Assembly (NCBI GenBank): GCA_038252255.1
Contig: JBBSAM010000003.1
Location: 58,801 to 122,800, forward strand
Source of the DNA: Acidimicrobiia bacterium
GTDB lineage: Bacteria > Actinomycetota > Acidimicrobiia > IMCC26256 > JAENVU01
Direction: 5' to 3'
Length of the DNA stretch: 64,000 nt
Position 1 is the first letter of the stretch, and each line of letters opens with the position of its first letter. Shown here piece by piece: positions 1 to 10,100 of the stretch. The notes under the pieces were generated by a model that was given only the letters and a program-made list of their open reading frames with translations, was not told where the DNA came from and searched no databases. The translations under genes and the position numbers were made by a program.

Positions 1-449
1 ATCCGTCGGTGTGCGTCGCGGCCGCGCGGCTCTTCAACGTCTACGGCCCCGGCAGCCTCAACCCACATCTCGTGCCCATGCTGATGGACCAGGTCTGGCG
101 CGACCAGCCGCTCCTCGTGGGCAACACCTGGCCCAAGCGTGACTACGTCCACCTGTACGACGTGGCCGAGGCCTTCGTCCGGCTGGCCAAGTGGCGGCCC
201 GGCTTCGCGGCGTACAACGTCGGGACCGGGGTCGGCACGTCGGTCGCCCAGCTCATCGGCCTGCTCACCCGGATGGCCGGCAGCCACCGCATGTACGAGA
301 CCGACCCGCGCCGCATGCGCGCGGACGACGGCCACCTCGTGAGCGACCCGGGCCGGCTCATCACCAACACCGGGTGGCGGCCACGCATCGAGCTGGCCGA
401 CGGACTCGCGTGGCTCGCCCACGACGTGATGAGCCCGAGCGCCCGCTGA
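1..449 (+). CDS. NAD-dependent epimerase/dehydratase family protein, C-terminal fragment (5' end lies outside the window)
   Basis: The ORF is open to the left edge. Its C-terminal sequence (LFNVYGPG...KRDYVHLYDVAEAF...YNVGTG) is typical of SDR-type sugar epimerases. Confidence 0.8.
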   Translation, partial: PSVCVAAARLFNVYGPGSLNPHLVPMLMDQVWRDQPLLVGNTWPKRDYVHLYDVAEAFVRLAKWRPGFAAYNVGTGVGTSVAQLIGLLTRMAGSHRMYETDPRRMRADDGHLVSDPGRLITNTGWRPRIELADGLAWLAHDVMSPSAR

Positions 450-457
450 CGCCCGGA

Positions 458-479
458 GCGCGGTGCACGTGAACCGCGC
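458..479 (+). terminator. Candidate hairpin after the epimerase stop (GCGCGGT-8 nt-ACCGCGC)
   Basis: A perfect 7-bp inverted repeat lies 9 nt after the TGA at 447-449. There is no U-tract. Confidence 0.3.
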
Positions 480-524
480 CCACTTCCCTGCATAGAGTCC
501 GACCAACCGCAGTCGGAGGTTCCC

Positions 525-1484
525 ATGTCCCACCCGCGCCCGTTCCGCTTCGCCGTCCACACCTCGAACGCACCCGACGGGAAGGCCTGGTCCGAAGCCG
601 CCCGCCGCTACGAGGACCTCGGCTTCTCGACGCTGCTGCTCCGCGACCACTTCGACGACCAGCTCGCGCCGATCGCCGCGATGACGGCGGCCGCGGTTGC
701 GACGAGCACACTGCGCGTCGGTTGCCTCGTGCTGGACAACGACTACCGCCACCCCCTCGTGCTCGCCAAGGAGCTGGCCACTATCGACGTGCTGTCGGGC
801 GGGCGCGTGGACGTCGGCATCGGCGCGGGCTGGATGGCTCCCGACTACGAGCAGGCCGGCATGCCGTTCGACCCTCCCGGCGTGCGTGTCTCGCGGATGA
901 TCGAGGGCGTGCACGTGATGAAGGGCTTGTTCGCCGACGGCCCGTTCACCTTCACCGGCGAGCACTACACGATCACCGGCCACGAGGGTCTGCCGAAGCC
1001 GGTGCAGGCACCGCATCCCCCGATCATGATCGGCGCCGGTGGCGAACGGCTGCTGCGCTTCGCGGCACGCGAGGCCGACATCATCGGCATCAACCCGGTG
1101 AAGCGCAGCAACGAGGCGTGGGAGGACCAGAACGTCGCCGACGCGACCGCGGCGGCCACCGACCGCAAGGTCGCCTGGATCCGCGACTCCGCGGGCGCCC
1201 GCTTCGACGACCTCGAGCTCTCGATCGTGGCGCCGTTCCTCGTCATGACCGACGACCGGGTCGGGCTCGCCGAGTCCATCGCCGCCGGGCTCGATGCACC
1301 CGAAGGGGCCGACACCGGGCCGGACGCGGTGCTGTCGAGCCCGTACGTGCTGCTCGGCACCGTCGACGAGATCGCCGACACGCTCGTCGAACGCCGCGAC
1401 CGTTGGCAGCTCTCGTACTACGTCTGCAACGACGACTCGGTCGACGCGATGGCGCCGATCGTGGAGCGCCTCGTCGGGCACTGA
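525..1484 (+). CDS. LLM-class (luciferase-like) F420-dependent oxidoreductase
   Basis: 319 aa. The luciferase-like monooxygenase pattern is present (LLLRDHF, GGRVDVGIGAGW, PPIMIGAGGERLL). GGAGG sits upstream of the ATG. Confidence 0.85.
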   Translation: MSHPRPFRFAVHTSNAPDGKAWSEAARRYEDLGFSTLLLRDHFDDQLAPIAAMTAAAVATSTLRVGCLVLDNDYRHPLVLAKELATIDVLSGGRVDVGIGAGWMAPDYEQAGMPFDPPGVRVSRMIEGVHVMKGLFADGPFTFTGEHYTITGHEGLPKPVQAPHPPIMIGAGGERLLRFAAREADIIGINPVKRSNEAWEDQNVADATAAATDRKVAWIRDSAGARFDDLELSIVAPFLVMTDDRVGLAESIAAGLDAPEGADTGPDAVLSSPYVLLGTVDEIADTLVERRDRWQLSYYVCNDDSVDAMAPIVERLVGH

Positions 1485-1530
1485 TCACCCCGGACGGGTG
1501 AGCGAGCGCCCGGCTCGATAGTTTGGGCCC

Positions 1531-2082
1531 GTGCCGCGCGCTTTCCGGTCCGTCTTCGTCATCGGCCTCCTGGTCGTCACCGCGCTCTCGGCGTGCGACT
1601 CGTCGGGCTCCTCCGGCTCGAGCGCGTCCACTACGTCGAGGCCCGTGAGCCGCGACCCCGCATTACGGGCGCGCGTGTTCTGCAATCGAAGCCTGCAACG
1701 CGAGATCACCGCGAGCATCGGCGTCGCGCCGACCCGCGTAACGAAGGCGCGGCTGGCCGATCACATGTACTCGTGCCGTTACGAGTTCGCGGGTGCAACG
1801 ATCGCGTTGTCGCTGAAGGGCTTCCCCGACGCGACCGCGGCGCGGCACTACTTCGACGAGCAGGCTCGACTGCGAGGTAGGCGGCCGGAGCCGCCCATGC
1901 TCGGTGAAGGCATGCGCGCGTTCGTGACCACCGACGGCTCCATGATCGTGCGCAAGGGGGCGGACATCCTCGACGTCGACGCGCACACGCTCCCACCGCA
2001 GTTCGGCGACCCGCCGCAGGATCGCGCGCTCGTGTCGCTCGCGGTCGCGGTGACCATCATCGGGCACTGGGTGCCCGGATAG
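1531..2082 (+). CDS. Putative lipoprotein, unknown function
   Basis: GTG start. The signal peptide carries a lipobox (LLVVTALSAC-DSSGSSGSS). Confidence 0.6.
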   Translation: MPRAFRSVFVIGLLVVTALSACDSSGSSGSSASTTSRPVSRDPALRARVFCNRSLQREITASIGVAPTRVTKARLADHMYSCRYEFAGATIALSLKGFPDATAARHYFDEQARLRGRRPEPPMLGEGMRAFVTTDGSMIVRKGADILDVDAHTLPPQFGDPPQDRALVSLAVAVTIIGHWVPG

Positions 2083-2085
2083 TCC

Positions 2086-2136
2086 GAAACGCGTCAAGGA
2101 CGTACGTCGCGTTTGTACCAAACGCTCGAAACGCGG
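2086..2136 (+). promoter_or_regulatory. Cluster of four AAACGC(G) motifs forming alternative hairpins upstream of the 2206 gene
   Basis: GAAACGCG at 2086-2093, CGCGTTT at 2108-2114, GCGTTTG-tac-CAAACGC at 2109-2125, and GAAACGCG at 2128-2135. Confidence 0.3.
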
Positions 2137-2205
2137 CGCGCGAAATTGTGAAGAAGCCGCGAGAGGTCCTAGTCGGCAGCAGTCGGTCGTTCTAGGGTCG
2201 AAGTC

Positions 2206-3765
2206 ATGCATGGACGCATGAATCAGCGCCCTGGATGGCGCATCATCATTCTGACCACCGCGCTCCTCGTGGGCACGGCCGCACTGGTCACGCAGGGCGC
2301 GAGCAGCGCGAGCTCCGACGTCGTCACCGCGACGTTGGCGCCCGTCGCCGACGCGTACGTGGACAGCGCGAAGCCGACGACGAACTACGGGACCAACGCG
2401 CGACTCATGGCCGACGCGTCACCCGTGCGGCAGAGCTTCTTGCGCTTCGATCTCACCGCGCTGTCGGGGACGGTGCAAGACGCGCGCCTCCGCATCCACG
2501 TCGCGAACGTCACCGACGCCGAGAGCCCCGCCGGCGGAACCGTCGCGCTCGTGACCGAGACACCGTGGACGGAGAGCAAGATCACGTACCGGAACCGGCC
2601 GACCGGCTGGGGTGCGACCGTGGCGACGATCGGTGCGGTGCAGCGGAACACGTGGATCGAGGTTCCGGTCACCGATGCGGTGACCACCGGCGGCGTGCTC
2701 ACCCTCGGCATCCGTTCGACGAATGACGACGGCGCGTTCTACGACAGCCGCCAGACCAAGGCCACGCCGCCCCAGCTCATCGTCACCACCGCCACGACCA
2801 GCAGCTCGTCCACCACCGACAGCTCCTCGACCAGCTCCTCGAGCTCGTCGACGACCTCCAGCTCGTCCACGACCTCCAGCTCGTCCACGACTTCGAGCTC
2901 GAGCTCCACCACCTCGACGTCGACCACCACGACGACGCGTCCGCCGCCGGACGGCTCCGTGGTCAACGTCGCCGCCGTCGGCGACATGGCCTGCACCCCC
3001 GGGAGCTCGGTCACGTCGTCGAGCTGCCAACAGATGGCGGTCTCGAACCTGATCGTCAACGACCCGGACAACCAGCTCTTCCTGGCGCTCGGCGACCAGC
3101 AGTACGAGAACGGCGCGCTCACCGGGTTCCAGACCTCGTACGAGCAGAGCTACGGCCGGATCAAGAACAAGACCAGGCCCGCAGCGGGCAACCACGAGTA
3201 CGGCACGGCCGGCGCGAGCGCGTACTTCACGTACTTCGGCGCCGCGGCCGGAGAGGCCGGCAAGGGCTACTACAGCTTCGACGTCGGCAACACCTGGCAC
3301 GTCGTCACCCTGAACTCCAACTGCGACGTCGTCTCGTGCGCGGCGGGCTCGCCACAGGAGCAATGGCTGCGCGCCGACCTCGCCGCGACGACGCGACCCT
3401 GCGTGATCGCCACCTGGCACCACCCGCGGTTCTCGTCGGACTACAGCAACACACCGGTCGCACCGTTCTGGAACGCGCTCCAGGATTACGGGGTCGAGCT
3501 CAACCTCTCGGGCCACGAGCACAGCTACGAGCGCTTCAACCCGCAGCTGCCCAGTGGCGCCGCGAGCGCCAACGGGGTGCAGGAGATCGTCGCCGGCACC
3601 GGGGGGCGGAACCTCGACGTGTGGAAGACGCCGCTACCCAACAGCGCGGCGCGAATCTCCGCGTTCGGGGTCCTGAAGCTCCAGCTCGCCGACAACAGCT
3701 ACTCGTGGCAGTTCGTGGACCTCAACGGCACCGTGCGCGACAGCGGCACCCGCGCCTGCCACTAG
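2206..3765 (+). CDS. Secreted protein: N-terminal DNRLRE-like domain, Ser/Thr-rich linker, C-terminal metallophosphoesterase
   Basis: A signal peptide is present. The N-terminal part (LAPVADAYVDSAKPTTNYG...RQSFLRFDL) looks DNRLRE-like. The linker is about 45 aa of S/T. Calcineurin-like motifs follow: GDMAC, GDQQYENG, GNHEY, GHEHSYERF. Confidence 0.8.
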   Translation: MHGRMNQRPGWRIIILTTALLVGTAALVTQGASSASSDVVTATLAPVADAYVDSAKPTTNYGTNARLMADASPVRQSFLRFDLTALSGTVQDARLRIHVANVTDAESPAGGTVALVTETPWTESKITYRNRPTGWGATVATIGAVQRNTWIEVPVTDAVTTGGVLTLGIRSTNDDGAFYDSRQTKATPPQLIVTTATTSSSSTTDSSSTSSSSSSTTSSSSTTSSSSTTSSSSSTTSTSTTTTTRPPPDGSVVNVAAVGDMACTPGSSVTSSSCQQMAVSNLIVNDPDNQLFLALGDQQYENGALTGFQTSYEQSYGRIKNKTRPAAGNHEYGTAGASAYFTYFGAAAGEAGKGYYSFDVGNTWHVVTLNSNCDVVSCAAGSPQEQWLRADLAATTRPCVIATWHHPRFSSDYSNTPVAPFWNALQDYGVELNLSGHEHSYERFNPQLPSGAASANGVQEIVAGTGGRNLDVWKTPLPNSAARISAFGVLKLQLADNSYSWQFVDLNGTVRDSGTRACH

Positions 3766-3944
3766 GCCCACGCCGGCGCTTCCGGGCGGATCCTCGGGTG
3801 CGCGGCAGGTGTCGCGGTGGACGCGCGGGCCACGGTCGCGCCGAACGGCACGATCAATGCCGCCGCCAGCGCGACCAGGAGGATGCAGAGCAGGATCAGT
3901 CGCCGTAGCCGCGAACGCCGCTGCCGCCGGGCGCGTCGGCTCAT
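3762..3944 (-). CDS. Possible small membrane protein (60 aa); weak call
   Basis: MSRRARRQRRSRLRR is followed by one hydrophobic helix. The RBS is poor, and the ORF overlaps the convergent stop by 4 bp. Confidence 0.25.
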   Translation of the reverse strand: MSRRARRQRRSRLRRLILLCILLVALAAALIVPFGATVARASTATPAAHPRIRPEAPAWA

Positions 3945-4243
3945 CGCCACGACCGCGAGCTGCTCCGCCTGCTCATGCCCTGACTCCCGCCCGGTGTTGG
4001 TGCTGAGGAACGAATGGAGTGTTGTCAATCTGTGCGGCGCCTGAAGTCTGGTCAAGGGGACGCTCTGCGCGATTCGACCGGTCCGAAGTCATCGACCTCG
4101 CGGCGTACCGGTCGCCACCGCTCGGGCTTCGGGCGAATACGCCGTAGTCGTCCGGTACCGGCGTTACCTGGCCTATAAGCCAGTAAATAGAGATAGCGGC
4201 AAAAGCCGAAATAGGGCGGATGGATCGTTACGTGCGATTCATA

Positions 4244-4280
4244 TATGCCCTATCCGTGCACGCCGGGTTTTAAGGGCATA
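4244..4280 (+). promoter_or_regulatory. Inverted repeat TATGCCCT-N21-AGGGCATA in an AT-richer region upstream of the large secreted protein gene
   Basis: The 8-bp arms are perfect (11 bp with one mismatch). The repeat lies 60-100 bp upstream of the 4342 start, in the least GC-rich stretch of this neighbourhood. Confidence 0.35.
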
Positions 4281-4341
4281 CATTCCGGACACCGCGGTGC
4301 GACTGGGCACGGACGCCGCGTCGATCCGACTCACCCCAAGG

Positions 4342-7065
4342 ATGGGCAGAATGCTCGCGTCGTTCACTGCGGCCTTCATGGCCGCGGCACTGCTCGTGTT
4401 CGCAATCCCCGCGACTCCCGCGCACGCGGCAACCACGAACGGGGTGCACGCGCCACGCGCGGCAACCGGCCGCCGAACCGCGCCGCGACCGAAAGCGCCG
4501 TTCGTCCGTCCGTCGAAGCCGTTGGCCAGCGCGCGCTACGCGGTGTCGCGGGTAGACGGTCGGAGGACCGCGGGAGCCGTGCGCGCATCAGCCGCGGTGC
4601 GGGCCGCGGCCGCGCAGGAGTCGGCGAGCGCGCCGAACCGGCTGAGTGCCCTCGCCACCGACACCACGCCACCGACCGCGCCGAGCCAGCTCGTCGCGGG
4701 AGCGCAGCAGCTCTCGACGATCACCGCGCAATGGAACCCGTCCCAGGATCCCGAGTCCGGCATCGCGTCGTACGCGTTCGCCGTCGGGACGAACAGCTCC
4801 GGGACTCCGACCGCCTTGGCGAACGTGCGGTGGTGGCAGATCACCTACTCGCCCAACATCTCCGTCAACCTGAGCCTCGACCCGAACCTCACGTACTACG
4901 TGTCCGTCTACGCCTCGAACGGGGCCGGTTTGACCAGCACGGTCGTGACGAGCGCGCCGATCCACCCCGCCTGGACCCAGCTCGGCCAAGCCGGCAACGT
5001 GATGCAGCTGCGCTTGGCGACGACCGGGCTCGACGCGAGCGGGAACCCGACAACCGGGTGGACGCCGGATCAGGTCGCGCTCATGACGACCTTCTTCAAC
5101 AAGATGTACCCGATCCTCCTCGCGATCTACGGGCCTCCGGCGGACAGCTACACCGTGACGGCCGTGCGCGACCTCCGGTACACGAACAGCAACGTGTTCA
5201 TCCCCTCGCTCGACGAGATCCACATGTCCGATGCCTTCTACCCGCAGCTGTTCACCCACGAGCTCGTGCACGCGTTCCGCAACGACCGGCTCCTCTCGAG
5301 CGACGCGAGCTGGAACTTCAACTCGACGCTGTCGCCGTTCGAGGAGTCCTTCGCCCAGGCCGTCAGCTACGACGCGATGAACGCCTACGTCGCCGCATAT
5401 CCCAACGACACCCTCGTGCCCGGCACCTCGCTGTTCGGTTCGAGCAACGACTGGGACTACGACTTCCAGAACGTGCCCGAGCTGCGCGGCACCGACTTCT
5501 GGAGCGACGGCGGGGCCACCGGCCTCTACTGGACCAAGTACGAGATGGGCGCGGCCGCGATGCGCAAGATCGAGCTGGAGTCGCCGGGCTTCTTCAAGCG
5601 CTTCAACGCGGAGTACTACCGCCGCATCAACGCGAACCCGACCGTCGTGCGGCCGACCCGGGCCCTCATCGTCGACATCATCGCGACGTTGGTGCCCCAG
5701 ATCGAGGGTCGCCCGGCCGCGGACTGGGTCGACAGCCAGAACATCTTCTACGCGCAGAACGTCTACGGGGAGAAGATCTTCCACCGGATCCAGGACTACC
5801 CCTACATCGATCTCTTCGCGTTCCAGGACCTGTACTTCCTGAACACGATGTCGTGCGGGAGCGAGTGGGCATGCTTCGACGGCACCGCGTGGACGTACCA
5901 CCGGTTGAACGGCGCGATCGGCAGCGGCCGGCTCCTCAATGCCGCGGGCAGTCCCGTGTGGTCCGGGGGCCTGCAGATCCAACCGACGCAGAACCCGTCC
6001 GACGGCTACTACGGGATCGGCTTCGCGCGGAAGAGCCTGACCACCGCCACCACGCTGCTGCCGTGGCCGGGCGGGAGCGAGAACGACTACGTGATGAACC
6101 TGCGGACGTTCGGCTTGTACAAGTTCGAGAGCACGTTCGCGGATCCCGCCACGCAGGCGAGCACCACGAACAGCATCTACCGGGTGATGGGCGGTGACGT
6201 CGCCAACAACTTCACCGGCGTCTGGGGCGGCGTGCTCGGCCACACCACGGGCACGCTGTACCTGAACCACGAGGGCTACGCGACGGAGCCGGGCATTCCG
6301 GTGACCAACGGCGCGTTCGCGGCGACGAGGACCTGGGCCGGGGTGGCCAACCCGCGCACCGGTGGTCGCGACTCCGTGCCGGGGCGGGTCTTCGCCACGT
6401 TCGTGGACGGCCAGACGGGCCAGAGCTACACCGCGCAACGCAACGTCGACTACGGCAGCGTGAACGGCAACCAGATGTTCCTGTTCGACTTCACCGGTCC
6501 CGGAGTGGACGCCACCGCTCCCACTGTGGCGATCTCCAGCCCGGCGAGCGGCGCGAGCCTCTCGGCCGCGACGACGATCAGCGCGTCCGCATCGGACAAC
6601 GTCGGGGTGACGCGCGTCGAGTTCCTGGTCGACGGCAAGCTCGTCGCCACCGACACGTCGGCGCCGTACTCCACCTCGTGGAACGCGGCCGCGGCGACGC
6701 TGGGCGTGCACACGCTGACGGCGAAGGCGTACGACCAGGCCGGCAACAGCGCGACGTCCACCGCCGTATCCGTGACGGTGGCCGATGCCACGGCGCCGAC
6801 CCTCACCATCACCAAACCGAAGAACGGCAGCACCGTGAGCCGCAGCTCGAGCGTGACGATCGCAGCCACGGCAACCGACAACCGGAGCGTGGCCAAGGTG
6901 CTCTTCTACGTGAACAACACGTTGAAGTGCACGGACACCACCAGCGCGTACACGTGCGGGTGGTCGGTGCCCTCGGCGAGGGGCGTGAAGTACACGATCC
7001 GGGTCCAGGCCTACGACAGCTCGAACAACTTCGCCGAGAGGTCGGTGACCGTCACCTCCAAATGA
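4342..7065 (+). CDS. Large secreted multidomain protein: signal peptide, FN3-like domain, HExxH-containing central region, two C-terminal Ig-like domains
   Basis: The signal peptide is MGRMLASFTAAFMAAALLVFAIPATPAHA. HELVH is encoded at 5257-5271. Two paralogous ~90-aa Ig-like repeats follow (ATAPTVAISSPASG... and ATAPTLTITKPKNG...). The start could instead be 4297 or 4351. Confidence 0.75.
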   Translation: MGRMLASFTAAFMAAALLVFAIPATPAHAATTNGVHAPRAATGRRTAPRPKAPFVRPSKPLASARYAVSRVDGRRTAGAVRASAAVRAAAAQESASAPNRLSALATDTTPPTAPSQLVAGAQQLSTITAQWNPSQDPESGIASYAFAVGTNSSGTPTALANVRWWQITYSPNISVNLSLDPNLTYYVSVYASNGAGLTSTVVTSAPIHPAWTQLGQAGNVMQLRLATTGLDASGNPTTGWTPDQVALMTTFFNKMYPILLAIYGPPADSYTVTAVRDLRYTNSNVFIPSLDEIHMSDAFYPQLFTHELVHAFRNDRLLSSDASWNFNSTLSPFEESFAQAVSYDAMNAYVAAYPNDTLVPGTSLFGSSNDWDYDFQNVPELRGTDFWSDGGATGLYWTKYEMGAAAMRKIELESPGFFKRFNAEYYRRINANPTVVRPTRALIVDIIATLVPQIEGRPAADWVDSQNIFYAQNVYGEKIFHRIQDYPYIDLFAFQDLYFLNTMSCGSEWACFDGTAWTYHRLNGAIGSGRLLNAAGSPVWSGGLQIQPTQNPSDGYYGIGFARKSLTTATTLLPWPGGSENDYVMNLRTFGLYKFESTFADPATQASTTNSIYRVMGGDVANNFTGVWGGVLGHTTGTLYLNHEGYATEPGIPVTNGAFAATRTWAGVANPRTGGRDSVPGRVFATFVDGQTGQSYTAQRNVDYGSVNGNQMFLFDFTGPGVDATAPTVAISSPASGASLSAATTISASASDNVGVTRVEFLVDGKLVATDTSAPYSTSWNAAAATLGVHTLTAKAYDQAGNSATSTAVSVTVADATAPTLTITKPKNGSTVSRSSSVTIAATATDNRSVAKVLFYVNNTLKCTDTTSAYTCGWSVPSARGVKYTIRVQAYDSSNNFAERSVTVTSK

Positions 7066-7119
7066 CCTGCTGGCGGGCGGGCCGGGATGACTGTCACACC
7101 CTCTCGGTAGCCTCGGGCC

Positions 7120-10100
7120 ATGCTCCATCTCTCGGCTTCCGATCGCGTCCGTCCGCTCGCGGACGCGCTCGCCGGGGTGCTGGCGACCCCGCTCCCCGAC
7201 CCGATGAAGCCGGAGTGGGTCGCGATCCCGACCGACGGGATGCTGCGGTGGCTGCAGCTCGAGCTGGCCCGGTCGCTCGGCGCGACCGGCCCGGGCCGCG
7301 GCGACGGTGTCGCGGCGAACATCGAGTTCCGGTTCCCCGACGCGCTGCGCCGGGCGGTGCTCGACGCGGACCGGGCCGACGGTGCCGCCGACCCGTGGCA
7401 CGTCGACCATCTCGTGTGGGCCGTGCTCGACGTGCTCCACGCGAGTCGCGATGACGACCGGCTCGGTCCACTCACCACCCTGCCCGCGGGCGGCACCTGG
7501 TTCGGCCGCGCCCGCCGCCTCGCGGACCTGTTCGATCGCTACGCGGTGCGGCGCCCGGAGCTGATCCGCCACTGGAACGAGCACCGCGACGTCGATGCCG
7601 CGGGGTTCAAGCTCGAAGCGCACGACCGGTGGCAGCCACATCTCTGGCGCCTCACGCGCGCGTGCATCGGCGAGCCGAGCCCGCCCGAGCGCTTCCCCGC
7701 CCTGCTCGACGGGTTGCGCGCCGGCACGCTCGAGCCGGAGCTCCCACCGCGACTCGCGGTCTTCGGCATCACCACCCTGCCCGGCGGCGCGCCGTTCCTC
7801 GACCTCGCGCACGCGCTCGCGCAGCACCGGGAGCTCCACCTCTTCCTGCTCGACCCGTCGCCGTCAGCCGTCGCGACCGTGCACGACTTCGCCCGCGCGG
7901 CCCACCCGGAGGCGGAGCTCCTGCGCACCGACGACGAGTCCGCGGCCGCCGTCCGCCATCCGTTGCTGCGCTCGTGGGGGCGTCCCTACCGGGAGCGGAC
8001 CGTCCTGCTCACCGCGGCCGAGCCCACGGGCTGGCCCGAGCCCCTCCGGATCGGCGACGTGAGCCACGACGACGACGCCGATGCCCGGCCGGCCACGCTG
8101 CTCGCCCGGGTCCAAGCCGACCTGCGGGCGGACGTGGTCCCGGCCGGCGACTTCGCGCTCGCCCCGGGCGACCACTCGATCCAGGTGCACTCGTGCCACG
8201 GGCCCGGTCGTCAGGTCGAGGTCCTCCGCGACGCGATCCTGCACCTGCTCGCGGACGACCCCACCCTGCGCGAGGAGGACATCGTCGTCCTGAGCCCGGC
8301 GATCGAGGAGTTCGCGCCGTGGATCGAGTCGGGCTTCGGGACGTCGGCCGACCGCACGCCCGGCGACGGCGCGCCGGGCCGGCCGCAGCTCGCGTACCGC
8401 ATCGCCGACCGGTCGTTGCGCGACTCGGTTCCGCTGCTCGCCGCGCTCGACACGCTGCTCGAGCTCGTCGCGGGTCGCTTCACCGCGTCGGCGGTGCTCG
8501 AGTTCCTCGCGCTCGCGCCCGTCCGCACCCGGTTCGACCTGGACGACGACGCCATCGCGGCCATCGGCCAGTGGATCACCGAGACGAACGTGCGCTGGGG
8601 TCTCGACGGCGCGCACCGCGAGCCGTGGGGCGTGCCGGCCGGGTACTCGGCCAACTCGTGGCAGGCCGCGCTCGACCGGCTGCTCATGGGGATCGCGGTC
8701 AGCGAGGACGACTGGGCGCTGGCGGCCGGGGAGATCGCGCCACTGGGGGTGGAGGGCGGCGACATCGTCGTCGCCGGACGCCTCGCCGACGTCCTCGCCC
8801 ACCTCGCCGAGATCGCAGCGGACCTGGAACGCCCCCGCGCCGCGGCCGAGTGGTGCACCAAGCTGCTCGACGTGAGCGACCGGCTGTTCTCGGTCGAGTC
8901 CTCGCAACAGTGGCAGCAGGACCGGCTGCGCCGGACCATCGCGGACATCGCCGACGCCGCCGCGGTCGGCGACCGCGCGTCCGGCGTCGAGCTGACCCTC
9001 GCGGATCTCCGCCGCCTGCTGGTGGAGCGACTCCGAGGCGCGCCGCGCCGGCCCGACTTCTTCCGGGGTGGGATCACCTTCAGCTCGCTCACTCCCCTGC
9101 GCTGGCTGCCGTTCCGGGTCGTCTGCCTGCTCGGCCTCGACGAGGACGCGCTCGGTACCGAGGCCGCCGACGGCGACGACCTCGCCGCGCTCGTGCCGCG
9201 CCTCGGCGACCGTGATCCCCGCGCCGAGCTGCGCCAGACCCTGCTCGAAGCGGTGCTCGCCGCGCGCGACCACCTCGTCATCACCCGCACCGGCCACAAC
9301 ATCCTCACCAACCAGGATGTGCCGGAGTCGGTCCCGTTCGCCGAGCTGCGCGACACGATCACGGCCACGTTGGCCGGCAGTGCCCGCAACCCGTTCACGG
9401 CTCAGGTCGAGACCGTCCATCCCCACCAGCCATTCGATGCCCGCTGCTTCGAGCCCGGGGCGCTGCGCCACGGGCCGTGGAGCTTCGACGCCACCGCGCT
9501 CGCCGGTGCGCAGGCGCGGGCGCGCCGCACGGACGAGACGGCGCCGTTCCTCACCCGGCCGCTCGCCGCACCCGCCGACCCGGCCCGGGTGATCACGCTG
9601 GCCGAGCTGCAGTCCTTCCTCAACCATCCCGTGAAGTGCTTCTTCGCCCGCCGCCTCGACGTCTACCTCCCTCGCGAGGAGGGCGGGCTCTCGGACCACC
9701 TGCCGATCTCGCTCGGCGGGCTGGCGGAGTGGTCGGCGGCGCAGCGGCTCATCGAGGCCCGGCTCGACGGGCGCACGAGCGAGCAGTGGGCGCGCCACGA
9801 ACGGGCGCTCGGCACGCTCCCGGCCGGCGGCTACGGCGATCTGGCCCTCGCCCGGATCACCGGCCTCGTCGACGCGCTGCTCTCGACCACCACCGCGCTC
9901 GGAGTCGACCCTCGCCACGACGACCCGCAGCCGATCGACGTCGAGCTCCCGGACGGTACCCGCATCGTCGGTGCCGTCGACCTCCGCTGCGGGTCGGAGC
10001 GCCCGGGTCCGGCCCGGCTGACGTTCAGCAAGGCCCAACCGAAGCATCACGTCGAGTCGTGGCTCGATCTCATGGCGCTCGTCGCGCACGATCCGGAGGC

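Noticed and set aside
2790-2940. Imperfect 18-bp tandem repeats (acctccagctcgtccacg...)
   Set aside because: They are not a non-coding repeat element. They encode the in-frame Ser/Thr linker of the secreted phosphoesterase.
4588-7839. 1083-aa ORF on the minus strand
   Set aside because: It lies antisense to the well-supported secreted-protein gene and recC. Its composition is dominated by R/G/A/P/V, and no motifs are present. This is the typical stop-free antisense frame of high-GC DNA.
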